A DNA stretch of 64,000 nt from Candidatus Nomurabacteria bacterium RIFCSPLOWO2_01_FULL_39_18. GTDB taxonomy: Bacteria; Patescibacteriota; Minisyncoccia; Phycocordibacterales; UBA9973. A model generated the notes under the pieces. It saw only the letters and a program-made list of their open reading frames with translations. It had not been told where the DNA came from and did not search any database. Positions 17,731 through 26,471 of the stretch are shown here, in pieces (the stretch's first letter is position 1; each line of letters opens with the position of its first letter). Location of the stretch: the NCBI GenBank assembly GCA_001787005.1, contig MFUV01000010.1, forward strand, positions 73,955 through 137,954, given 5' to 3'. The position numbers were made by a program, and so were the translations under genes.

Positions 17731-18567
17731 TTATTGAGTAAGAATTGAAGGATTGTTATATCTTGATATTCTGGCTCGTTTTACTTCTTCTTTTTTGTCT
17801 TTTAATTGATTCGTATCAGATGCCCTAACCAATTCACCCGCTAGCTGTTCTGCTTTAATTTTACTAGATTTATTTCTTCCTAGAATTGCGTAGCCCATAG
17901 CTATTGTAATTTTAAAAGAAAAAGGTTCGCCCGAAAAACTCTCGTCCTCATTTATCTTTACGCCTTTAACAATCAAATTGGTATTTACTTTATCTTGAAT
18001 TCTTGTAAAAATTTTTTTCAACTTTACATCATCTAAATTACCTCTAATCGACAATACCATCCGGAATTCATCGCCATGGGGATGAAATACTAGATCCCCT
18101 CCAAGTTCTTTTACTGCTTCCTGCAACCTTTGGGCGACAGCTTTGATTGCTTGATCGCCCACAGGATGACCATGCCTATCATTTATTACCTTAAAATCAT
18201 CTATGTCCGCAGCAATTGCCATGATGGAGTCTGGAGTAGACTCGCTCTTGGGATTCTGATTTAATTGCTTAATCAATGCAGGCAGTTTTCTTTCTAAACC
18301 AAGACGGTTGTAGCAACCAGTAAAGGTATCAATGCCTTGGTTCGTTTCTAGAGAAGAAATTATTCCTTCTTGCTTTCTCGCAAGCACAGTAATTAATTCA
18401 ATATATTGATCTTTTGTTATTGCTTCTCTCGCGAGAGCGCCACTTATCATATTCACCGTGCAAACACCTCTTGCCAACAAATCCTTTAAATCTTTAAGGG
18501 TCTTCGGGTTCTCCATTATTGCTGTTTTTTCTGGAGTATATGGTGGCTTTCTTGGTATCCATTCCAT
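17731..18567 (-). CDS. GGDEF-domain protein (signature reads HGDEF)
   Basis: GCYNRLGLERKL, IAADIDDFKVINDRHGHPVGDQAI and HPHGDEFRMVL are GGDEF-domain landmarks. The first Gly of GG(D/E)EF is replaced by His. Confidence 0.7.
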   Translation of the reverse strand: MEWIPRKPPYTPEKTAIMENPKTLKDLKDLLARGVCTVNMISGALAREAITKDQYIELITVLARKQEGIISSLETNQGIDTFTGCYNRLGLERKLPALIKQLNQNPKSESTPDSIMAIAADIDDFKVINDRHGHPVGDQAIKAVAQRLQEAVKELGGDLVFHPHGDEFRMVLSIRGNLDDVKLKKIFTRIQDKVNTNLIVKGVKINEDESFSGEPFSFKITIAMGYAILGRNKSSKIKAEQLAGELVRASDTNQLKDKKEEVKRARISRYNNPSILTQ

Positions 18568-18616
18568 CTAAAAATCATAACACAAGCCACCATGAAATCC
18601 AATTTTGTAAAATTTG

Positions 18617-18691
18617 TGGTGCCCCCGGCAGGAATTGAACCTACATCTATCCCTTAGGACGGGACTGTTCTATCCGTTGAACTACGAGGAC
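18617..18691 (-). tRNA. tRNA-Arg (anticodon CCT) with encoded CCA
   Basis: Minus strand: gtcctcg-ta-gttc-aacggata-gaac-a-gtccc-gtCCTaa-gggat-agat-gtagg-ttcaatt-cctgc-cgggggc-a-cca. The acceptor stem has two G-U pairs. The anticodon assignment is moderately confident. Confidence 0.65.
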
Positions 18692-18817
18692 ATATATATT
18701 GTTTGTTCCAATCAAATTTAGCATATTTATAATAAACTTGAAATGCTATGTTGATTTTCTTTTTCAAATTTATTAAAGTTTTTTGCGAAAGAGGTGCGCA
18801 ACGTTTCCCTTTTTTAT

Positions 18818-19063
18818 TTAAACTCCAAGCAGTTTAGAAATTAAAGGCTTGCTGAAGCCCACTACGAGATCATTCCCAATGATTATTACCGGCACGCCCA
18901 TTTGCTTGCTTTTTTCTATCATTTCCTTTCTTTTTTCGGCATCGCTCGCTACATCATATTCCGTATAAGGTACGTTTTTTTCCTTGAAAAACTCTTTAGC
19001 CATATGGCAGAAATGGCAGGACGGGGTAGTATAAATTGTTACCTCTGGTGTTATATTTGGCAT
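18818..19063 (-). CDS. Glutaredoxin-like protein (CxxC = CHFC)
   Basis: 81 aa. TIYTTPSCHFCHMAKEFF followed by GVPVIIIGNDLVVGF is a thioredoxin-fold glutaredoxin/NrdH pattern. Confidence 0.7.
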   Translation of the reverse strand: MPNITPEVTIYTTPSCHFCHMAKEFFKEKNVPYTEYDVASDAEKRKEMIEKSKQMGVPVIIIGNDLVVGFSKPLISKLLGV

Positions 19064-19126
19064 TTGATTTTCTGAAATTATCTTCTAATCCTTCTATTGT
19101 ATCATACTTGTCAAGTAAATAAAAAA

Positions 19127-19182
19127 TGTTCAGTGTTAAACACTGTTAAACACTCAGTGTTGAACATTTCGATGTTGAACAT
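19127..19182. repeat. REP-like hairpin repeats, family A (units gtgttgaacac / tgttgaacatttcg), 5' flank of RAYT-1
   Basis: Tandem imperfect palindromes: cagtgttaaacactgttaaacactcagtgttgaacatttcgatgttgaacat. Confidence 0.7.
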
Positions 19183-19573
19183 TTTTATGGCAGTTTTTCA
19201 ATCATTTGTTGGATCGAACATTCACCAGGAAAATCAAAGTTAGGGACATCCCCATACCCAGTAGTGCCACCAATAAGAGCATGCCATAATCGATACTTTT
19301 GTCTTTCTAGGGGGTTGGGATAAGATTGATTGATAATATCTAGGCACCGCTCTTTCCATTTTTGAAACTCGGTAACTCCTATTTTTTCTTGAAAAACAAG
19401 CATCTTTTGCTTAAGTCTAATAATTAACTCTCTCTCTCTGCCGAAGTCTGTAATAATTTTGTACTTTTTTCATCCCTGGATTGTACACCCTCAGCTCCTT
19501 GGGAAAATTTATCTGGTTTTGACATAATATTTGATTTTATCACACCAACAACCCTTTTCCCAATACCCACACT

Positions 19574-19612
19574 AATGTTGAACAATGTTAAACACCGAGT
19601 GTTGAACATTTT
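19574..19612. repeat. REP-like family A copy immediately upstream of RAYT-1 start
   Basis: atgttgaacaatgttaaacaccgagtgttgaacattttt. Confidence 0.7.
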
Positions 19613-19635
19613 TCATAAAGGTATATAATACGGTT

Positions 19636-20301
19636 ATGAGAAATATAAAAATAGCACCCGGAGAATATTATCATATTCTTAATCGTGGAATGAGTAAGCA
19701 ACTAATTTTTCATGACAATAGAGATAGAACAAGATTCCTCTTTCTAATTTTATACTTTCAATCCCCTGTTACAATTCAAAATATACATCGTCCAGTAAAG
19801 TCATTTGTTGAACACTCGGTGTTTAACATTGATAAAGAGATTGAGCAAGAAATTGTTACAAGGAAGTTCGTAGAACTCGTCTCCTTTTGCTTAATGCCAA
19901 ATCATTTTCACTTAATCGTCAAAGAAATCGAGGAAAATGGTATGGCTAGATACATGCAAAGAGTCTTGAATGGTTATACCAAATACTGTAATACAAAATA
20001 CAATAAATCGGGACATCTTTTTCAGGGACCATATAAAGCAGTACATATAAGGAGTAACGAGCAACTTTTATATTTATCTTCATATGTCCACAGGAATCCG
20101 AGAGAACTGAAAGAGTGGTTAAATAAAGAAAGTAGTTATCCATGGTCAAGTTACCAAGATTTTATAAAGAAGAATAGGTTTAAAGAATTACTTGTTCTTG
20201 ATATAATCAGTGGACAATTCAAAAATAAAGACAAGTATAATAAATTTATAAAGGAGAGTACGGCAAAATTATTAAAGGAAGAACTGGATTGGATAGACTA
20301 G
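19636..20301 (+). CDS. REP-associated tyrosine transposase-like (IS200/IS605 Y1 HuH transposase family), RAYT-1
   Basis: GEYYHILNRG near the N-terminus, the HuH motif CLMPNHFHLIV, and the downstream QGPYK with Tyr. Size is 221 aa. A REP-A copy (tgttgaacactcggtgtttaacat, 19806..19829) lies inside the ORF, in-frame. Confidence 0.75.
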   Translation: MRNIKIAPGEYYHILNRGMSKQLIFHDNRDRTRFLFLILYFQSPVTIQNIHRPVKSFVEHSVFNIDKEIEQEIVTRKFVELVSFCLMPNHFHLIVKEIEENGMARYMQRVLNGYTKYCNTKYNKSGHLFQGPYKAVHIRSNEQLLYLSSYVHRNPRELKEWLNKESSYPWSSYQDFIKKNRFKELLVLDIISGQFKNKDKYNKFIKESTAKLLKEELDWID

Positions 20302-20304
20302 TAA

Positions 20305-20351
20305 GTGTTCAGTGTTCAACACCGAGTGTTGAACACTCGGTGTTGAACAAT
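20305..20351. repeat. REP-like family A, 3' flank of RAYT-1 (perfect hairpin gtgttcaacac-cga-gtgttgaacac, then a second overlapping hairpin)
   Basis: The 11-bp stems are exact reverse complements. It sits in inverted orientation relative to the upstream copies, a REPIN-like arrangement. Confidence 0.8.
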
Positions 20352-20428
20352 ATGCGGGATTAGTTTAGTGGCAGAATGAGTCCTTCCCAAGGATTAGACG
20401 GGGTTTCGATTACCCCATCCCGCACCAG

Positions 20429-20803
20429 CTACTTAAATAAATTCCTAAAAAAATTAAAGAACCCACCAGAAGATTCATCCTCTACTTCCACCTTCTCTTT
20501 ATCTTCCACCACTACGATCAGACCCTCTCCTTCCTTCGCCAAACCAAATTTATCCCGAATATTCTCCTCAATCCCGCTCTCTGTCTCTAGTCTGGCTATA
20601 TCGGATGAGAGTTTTGCTTTTTCCCCCTCTAGCTCTGCCACTTTATTCCCTATTATTTTTCTATTTTCCCTTGTTGTTCTCATCTTAACCGTCAGGTCAA
20701 TGACCCCCCAGGCAAAAATCAATACCAAAATCCCCAGAAATAACAAAACTGGCCACGATTCCATGATATTTCTCCATCCTCTCTTTTGTTGAAAACTTCT
20801 CAT
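20429..20803 (-). CDS. FtsB/DivIC-like septum formation initiator
   Basis: N-terminal TM, then a coiled coil (KVAELEGEKAKLSSDIARLE), then IRDKFGLAKEGEGLIVV. This matches the FtsB ARE.LG...GE.V motif. The overlapping plus-strand ORF 20376..20792 is low-complexity. Confidence 0.6.
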   Translation of the reverse strand: MRSFQQKRGWRNIMESWPVLLFLGILVLIFAWGVIDLTVKMRTTRENRKIIGNKVAELEGEKAKLSSDIARLETESGIEENIRDKFGLAKEGEGLIVVVEDKEKVEVEDESSGGFFNFFRNLFK

Positions 20804-20971
20804 GATATGTTATATTACCATATATGCTTTTCAATAAAAAACATCAAAAAAAGATACAGGTGATTTGGGCGGTCGTGAGTATTCTGATTATCGTTAGCAT
20901 GATTTTGCTGTATTCGCCGATTTTTAGACTGGGATAAAACTCGTCGCAGGCGTACTTCCAAGAAAGAGTTT

Positions 20972-22858
20972 TTATTCCACGCTTTTCATCATTTTCAAAA
21001 ATACATCTTGGGGGATGTTCACTCGCCCCCTTTCCTTCATTTTCTTTTTGCCCTTCTTTTGCTTCTCACGAAGTTTCATTTTGCGAGTGATGTCTCCGCC
21101 ATACATGTGCTGAGTAACATCCTTCTTCATGCCAGAGAGAGTGCGTGATGAGATGATGCGCCCTAGCGCACGACCTTGAATTTTCAAAGTGAACATTTGC
21201 CGTGGAAGCAGGCTCTCTAATTTAAGAACAGTTTTTTCAGCTTCAATTTCCACTCTTTTCCTGGAAACCACCTTAGAAAAAGCAGGAACTACTTCATCGG
21301 CAACCAGCACATCAAGTCTAGTAACATTCGCCATCCTCATATCATCTATCTGGTAAGAGATGGAACCATAGCCAGATGATGCGCTTTTCAATTCATCGAA
21401 AAAGTTGCGCATCAGCTCGCGAAGCGGCATTTTCACGGACAAAATAAAACGATTGCCTGCCTGCGCCCCGCCTGCGCGGGCAGGAGACAGGTCGCCGAAG
21501 TTTTCTGTCTCTCCAATCTCGGCTTCGTGGTCAAATAAAATTTGCATAATAGAACCCAGATATTTTGCAGGAGTTATGATCTTAGCTACCACCCACGGTT
21601 CAAAAACAGTTTCAATATTACTATCGTCTGGGAAAAAATATGGAGAATACACTTTTTCCTTTTTACTATTCTTCATTAACACTTCATAGGTGATAGACGG
21701 AGTGGTAATGATTAATTCTAAATTAAATTCCCGCCTTAACCTCTCGGTAATAATCTCCAAATGTAACATTCCCAAAAATCCGCACCGGAAACCGCGACCA
21801 AGAGAGCCGGAAGACTCTTCTTCATAAGAAAAAGCCGAATCTGAGAGTTTAAGCTTTCCAAGGGCTAATTTAAGTTCGGCAAAATCGTCTGCGTCTTCGG
21901 GAAAAACTGAAGCCCAGACCACGGGCATCGGCTGCATATAGCCAGGCAGAGCCGGCAAGGGATTTCTAAGCATCGTAATGGTATCTCCGACAGATGCAAT
22001 TCCGGGTTTCTTAATACCGGTAACAATGTATCCTGTATCACCGGCAGAAAGATGCTCCCGCGGAGTTTCTTCGGGCGAGAAAGTGCCCACCTCGAGAGAG
22101 TTGAATTTCTCGCCCGATATTGCAAAAACTAAATTTTCGCCTTTCTTGATTTTGCCGTCAAGCACTCGTATAAAAACAATTACCCCCCTATGATTGGAAT
22201 ATTTGAAATCAAAGACAAGAGCGCGCAAGCTGTCATCCCCTTTATACGTTTCTTTGGGCTCTGGAACGCGTTTGATTATCTCCTGTAAGAGATTCTCCAC
22301 TCCCTCGCCCGTACGGCCAGAAACCAATAGTATTTCTTCGGGATCACAATTTAAAAGCTTTATAACTTCTTCTCTAACTTCGGATACCCTAGCAAGTGGT
22401 GAATCAATCTTCGAAAGCACAGGAATGATTTGCCTGCCTCCTTCTTTGCCCCCCTCGCGCGCCATATTGAGCGTAGTCAGCGTTTGAGCCTGCACACCCT
22501 GAGTGGAGTCGACTAGTAAAATAGAGCCTTCTACGGCCTTTAGAGCGCGAGAAACTTCATAAGAAAAATCTATGTGCCCAGGGGTATCAATCAGGTTCAG
22601 TACATACTTAGTGGTCGAAGCACCACTTGGTGCTTCGACCACTAAGTCATATTCCATCCTGACTGGCTGCATTTTGATGGTGATCCCCCGCTCGCGCTCA
22701 AGCTCCATGACGTCGAGCACTTGCTCTCTCATTTTGCGAGTCTCGATGGTATGAGTAATCTCGAGCATTCTGTCCGCCAAGGTGCTCTTGCCATGATCAA
22801 TGTGCGCGATGATTGAAAAGTTTCGTATGTGTTTTAAATCCATTTTTTTGTGTGTCAA
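20972..22858 (-). CDS. lepA: Elongation factor 4 (LepA) carrying the 36-nt element insertion
   Basis: G1 motif NFSIIAHIDHGKSTLADR. DTPGHIDF. The LepA-specific C-terminal domain is present. It carries the LSPARAGGAQAG insertion encoded by 21456..21491. Confidence 0.9.
   Translation of the reverse strand: MTHKKMDLKHIRNFSIIAHIDHGKSTLADRMLEITHTIETRKMREQVLDVMELERERGITIKMQPVRMEYDLVVEAPSGASTTKYVLNLIDTPGHIDFSYEVSRALKAVEGSILLVDSTQGVQAQTLTTLNMAREGGKEGGRQIIPVLSKIDSPLARVSEVREEVIKLLNCDPEEILLVSGRTGEGVENLLQEIIKRVPEPKETYKGDDSLRALVFDFKYSNHRGVIVFIRVLDGKIKKGENLVFAISGEKFNSLEVGTFSPEETPREHLSAGDTGYIVTGIKKPGIASVGDTITMLRNPLPALPGYMQPMPVVWASVFPEDADDFAELKLALGKLKLSDSAFSYEEESSGSLGRGFRCGFLGMLHLEIITERLRREFNLELIITTPSITYEVLMKNSKKEKVYSPYFFPDDSNIETVFEPWVVAKIITPAKYLGSIMQILFDHEAEIGETENFGDLSPARAGGAQAGNRFILSVKMPLRELMRNFFDELKSASSGYGSISYQIDDMRMANVTRLDVLVADEVVPAFSKVVSRKRVEIEAEKTVLKLESLLPRQMFTLKIQGRALGRIISSRTLSGMKKDVTQHMYGGDITRKMKLREKQKKGKKKMKERGRVNIPQDVFLKMMKSVE
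21456..21491. repeat. 36-nt GC-rich palindromic element, copy 2, in-frame in lepA
   Basis: Identical to 5784..5819. Same orientation relative to its minus-strand host gene. Confidence 0.85.
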
Positions 22859-22873
22859 AGAGACACTTTGACA

Positions 22874-24637
22874 TTATTCCAAAAATCCTCCAGTTTGGTG
22901 GCTCCAAAGTTCCGCATACACACCATTTTTCCCCAATAATTCTTTATGTGTTCCCCCCTCCACAATTTTCCCCTTGTCTAATACAATAATTCTATCCATT
23001 TTTTGAATAGTGGAAAGTCGGTGAGCAATGACTATCGTGGTTTTCCCTTTCATTAATTCACCGAAGGCTTCTTGAATAAAAGATTCGCTGACGCTATCAA
23101 GTGAACTTGTGGCTTCATCAAGCATCAGTATTGGAGAGTTTTTCAGCATCGCCCGAGCTATCGCCACCCTTTGTCGTTCCCCACCTGAGAGCTTAACTCC
23201 CCGTTCACCAACAAGCGTATCATAACCATGGGGCAGTTTAGAAACGAAGTCATTAGCATGAGCCTTTTTTGCAACGACGATAATTTCTTCATCGCTTGCA
23301 TTCGGCTTGCCGTATGAAATATTCTCTCTAATTGGTCGATGAAAAAGTATCGGCTCCTGCGGAACATACGATATGACACTGCGCAAGTCATCTTGAGTAA
23401 TGTTCCTAATGTCTTGACCATCGATGGTAATCTGTCCAGAAGTCACGTCGTTAAACCGTAAAAGAAGTTTGGTGATAGTAGATTTGCCTGCGCCCGAATG
23501 CCCGACAATACCCACTCGCTCTCCGGATCTAATGTCGAGATTAAAATCTGATAAAACTTCTTGACTCATGTCGTACTTGAAAGAAACATTTTGAAAAACA
23601 ATATTACCTTCTTTTATTTTGAGAATTTCAGGATTTTTGGGATCCAATATATCCGGTGTTATCTCGAAGATATCAACCATTTCTTTCATATCAGAAGCCG
23701 ATTTCATAAATCTAGTCAAAGAATTGCCAAATTCCCATAAATCATTAGAAACCATCACCATGTATGTTTCAATAAGCACGATTGTTCCAGTAGAAATCTT
23801 ACCCTGGAGCCATAGCATTATCATAAGATAAAGGGTGACGCTTTGAACGATTATGATCAGAATGTGCTGGATGAGATCTATTTTGCCTCCCATAAACCAA
23901 GCCTTTTTACTCCTCTTCGCTCCCTCATCAGCATATTTACCAAAAGAAACTATTTCCTGGTTGCGAGCAGAGAAAAATTTTACCGCTAGGATATTAGAAA
24001 AAACATCCGCCAGCCGCCCGCTTATCCTTGAATCTTGCTCGGCTTCAGAGAGATCATAGGCGACTTTTCTTTTGACAAAAAATGATACTATCGTAACATG
24101 TACGACTATCCAGATGCCAAAAACTAAGCTGATGACGGGAGACTGGTAAATAAGCACCGCGAATACGCCTGCCAGAATTACAAAAAATTTTAAAAAGCTG
24201 TAGAGAAATATGTCGAATGTAATTTCGAAGCCTCCAATAAAACGCCTAGCTTTTGTCACTAAGCTTCCGGCAAAAGTATTAGCGAAAAAAGTTTGCGAAT
24301 TCTGCTCAATTTTCTGAAAAGTGTAATTACGAAGGTCACGGATAACATTAACACTAAATTGCAATATGGTAAATTTTACAGTTCTGGCTACAAATAAAAC
24401 AAAAATATGTATTCCAATAATAATAAAAAATAATTGAAAAATGTCTTGCGTTGTCGTCGCCAGATCTCCAATTCCCGTCGTAAAAATATCGATAATTTTC
24501 TTAAAATAGAGTGGAACTACGATTCTGTCTAGAAATGTCCTCAAGCTGAAGCCTACCAGAATAAAGAAAAAAACCCACTTCCGTTTGCGCATTTGGGGCC
24601 ACACATATTTCAATATTCTGGAAAAAAACGAAAACAT
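22874..24637 (-). CDS. ABC transporter, fused permease/ATPase (exporter type)
   Basis: N-terminal 6-TM domain. Walker A GHSGAGKST. ABC signature LSGGERQRVAIARAML. Walker B ILMLDEATS. Confidence 0.85.
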   Translation of the reverse strand: MFSFFSRILKYVWPQMRKRKWVFFFILVGFSLRTFLDRIVVPLYFKKIIDIFTTGIGDLATTTQDIFQLFFIIIGIHIFVLFVARTVKFTILQFSVNVIRDLRNYTFQKIEQNSQTFFANTFAGSLVTKARRFIGGFEITFDIFLYSFLKFFVILAGVFAVLIYQSPVISLVFGIWIVVHVTIVSFFVKRKVAYDLSEAEQDSRISGRLADVFSNILAVKFFSARNQEIVSFGKYADEGAKRSKKAWFMGGKIDLIQHILIIIVQSVTLYLMIMLWLQGKISTGTIVLIETYMVMVSNDLWEFGNSLTRFMKSASDMKEMVDIFEITPDILDPKNPEILKIKEGNIVFQNVSFKYDMSQEVLSDFNLDIRSGERVGIVGHSGAGKSTITKLLLRFNDVTSGQITIDGQDIRNITQDDLRSVISYVPQEPILFHRPIRENISYGKPNASDEEIIVVAKKAHANDFVSKLPHGYDTLVGERGVKLSGGERQRVAIARAMLKNSPILMLDEATSSLDSVSESFIQEAFGELMKGKTTIVIAHRLSTIQKMDRIIVLDKGKIVEGGTHKELLGKNGVYAELWSHQTGGFLE

Positions 24638-24787
24638 CTCGCCATTTTACCAGAAAAAACCTATATTTCAAAGTCTTTTGGGATTTTTGATTTTGGCACA
24701 AAAAAATTGTACTAAACCACGCTATAGCGTATTTTTGTACAATAACCTAAATAACCCATTGATTTGATAGCTGATAAATTAATAAAA

Positions 24788-26467
24788 TCAAAGCCCTTCT
24801 TGAGGAGGTGCGACGACTTTTGCCCTCCAGAATTTGGTTTTGAAAGTTTTTATTATTTCTTTCAATTCTTCATTTCCCAGAAGATGCAAGACCAAAATTG
24901 CCGCCCAAATACCCAGGATGCCAGAGATAAAGCCCTGCAGAAAAACTCCCCAGAATGTGGTGGTGCCAAAAATTGGTGAAAATATATTCAAAGATAGATA
25001 CGCCACAAGTCCCAGAAAAAATGCGGCGCCCAAACTTTGGAAAAAAGTCTTGGTAATGAAGGAATCCCCTTTCATAAAGTCACGCCTCACGAAAAACCAA
25101 AGAATAATTGAATTCAAAATGGTGCCGGAAGAATACGCAAGCGGAAGCATTAATACTTCTGTGCCGGGAATATCCGTGACCTTCAGCATCGACTCAATAA
25201 AATAATGAAAGATTGGAATATTTTTAAATATATATATAAATAAATAAGATAAAATTATAATAAAAATGGAACAGAAGAAATTAGTCGAAAGCGGCCTTCT
25301 GGTATTGCCCTTGGCATAGTAAGCTCGAGACAAAAGAGCAATCATTCCTTGAGCAACAACTGAAATAGAAAAGATGGCGAGCGATGCTGCTACTAGACGG
25401 GTATTTTCCCAAGAAAAAGATCCAGAACCAAGGATTACTCGAACGATCTGCGCTCGAACCACAATAAACAGAAATACTACGGGGAGCGACCAAAACACGA
25501 TGGCACGCGCGGCTTCTTTAAGATGACTTTTAAATTCATCCATTTTTCCAAGAGAGATAGACTTCGCCAGGGTGGGAAAGGCAGCCACTGCATAGGATAT
25601 ACCGATGATGTTAAGAGGCACCGATTGAAGATTGAAGGAAAGGTTGAATATTGAAATGGAACCACTCTCTAGATATGAAGCAAGGGCGATGATAGAAATC
25701 AAAGCCACGTTGTTAAAAGCCAGGCCTAGGGTACGAGGTAGTGAAGTCATCGCTACTTGTTTGACATCTTTAAAATTAATAGGAAAAGAAAATTTAAACG
25801 TAAACCCGAGAGTTTTGGATGCGAATGTTTGAACCAAAAAATGCATCAAGGCACCCAGGACTACCCCCATGGCCAACCCATAAATACCAAAGCGGGGATA
25901 GAAAAATATAACACCAGAAATAATCCCCAAATTATAAAAAACCGGACTTAAGGAATAAATAAAAAACTTCCGAAAAAGCTGGGTAAGGCTCCCAAAAAGA
26001 TTCGAAAGTCCCATTAAAATAGGTGAGAGCAACATTATGCGCGAAAGCATAACTACTTTTGTTTGCATTATCGCAGTAAAACCCGGCGCAATGAAAGACA
26101 CTAAATATGGCATTAGTAAATAGGCTATTAGGGAAACGAGTATCATTACAAGAAAAAAAACAGTAAAAACATTACTTAAGAATTTGCGCGCTTCTTCGCT
26201 TATTTTTTCGCCTGGTATTTTTGACGCTATAAATGGTATTAGCACTGTGACAGAAACCAGAGAAGCAATAGATATGAAGATGAGATCAGGAATTCTAAAC
26301 GCCGCATAATAGGCATCTAGCGTCGCCCCCGGCCCGATGAAGTGCGCAAAAGCGCGGTCACGAAATAACGCCAAAATTTGCGAAAGAAAAGCAAAAGACC
26401 CCAGAAGAAGCGCCGCTTGATTTATGTTCACATATTCCTTGCTGAAAATTTTAAAAATCCTATCCAT
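24788..26467 (-). CDS. murJ: Lipid II flippase MurJ (MviN) family
   Basis: FRDRAFAHFIGPGATLDAYYAAFRIPDLIF matches the MurJ N-terminal signature. About 14 TM helices. Size is 559 aa. Confidence 0.8.
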   Translation of the reverse strand: MDRIFKIFSKEYVNINQAALLLGSFAFLSQILALFRDRAFAHFIGPGATLDAYYAAFRIPDLIFISIASLVSVTVLIPFIASKIPGEKISEEARKFLSNVFTVFFLVMILVSLIAYLLMPYLVSFIAPGFTAIMQTKVVMLSRIMLLSPILMGLSNLFGSLTQLFRKFFIYSLSPVFYNLGIISGVIFFYPRFGIYGLAMGVVLGALMHFLVQTFASKTLGFTFKFSFPINFKDVKQVAMTSLPRTLGLAFNNVALISIIALASYLESGSISIFNLSFNLQSVPLNIIGISYAVAAFPTLAKSISLGKMDEFKSHLKEAARAIVFWSLPVVFLFIVVRAQIVRVILGSGSFSWENTRLVAASLAIFSISVVAQGMIALLSRAYYAKGNTRRPLSTNFFCSIFIIILSYLFIYIFKNIPIFHYFIESMLKVTDIPGTEVLMLPLAYSSGTILNSIILWFFVRRDFMKGDSFITKTFFQSLGAAFFLGLVAYLSLNIFSPIFGTTTFWGVFLQGFISGILGIWAAILVLHLLGNEELKEIIKTFKTKFWRAKVVAPPQEGL

Positions 26468-26471
26468 CCCG

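Noticed and set aside
20376-20792. Plus-strand 138-aa ORF
   Set aside because: It overlaps the minus-strand FtsB-like ORF, which has a TM plus coiled-coil plus conserved motif. The plus-strand product is Ser/Thr-rich low complexity.
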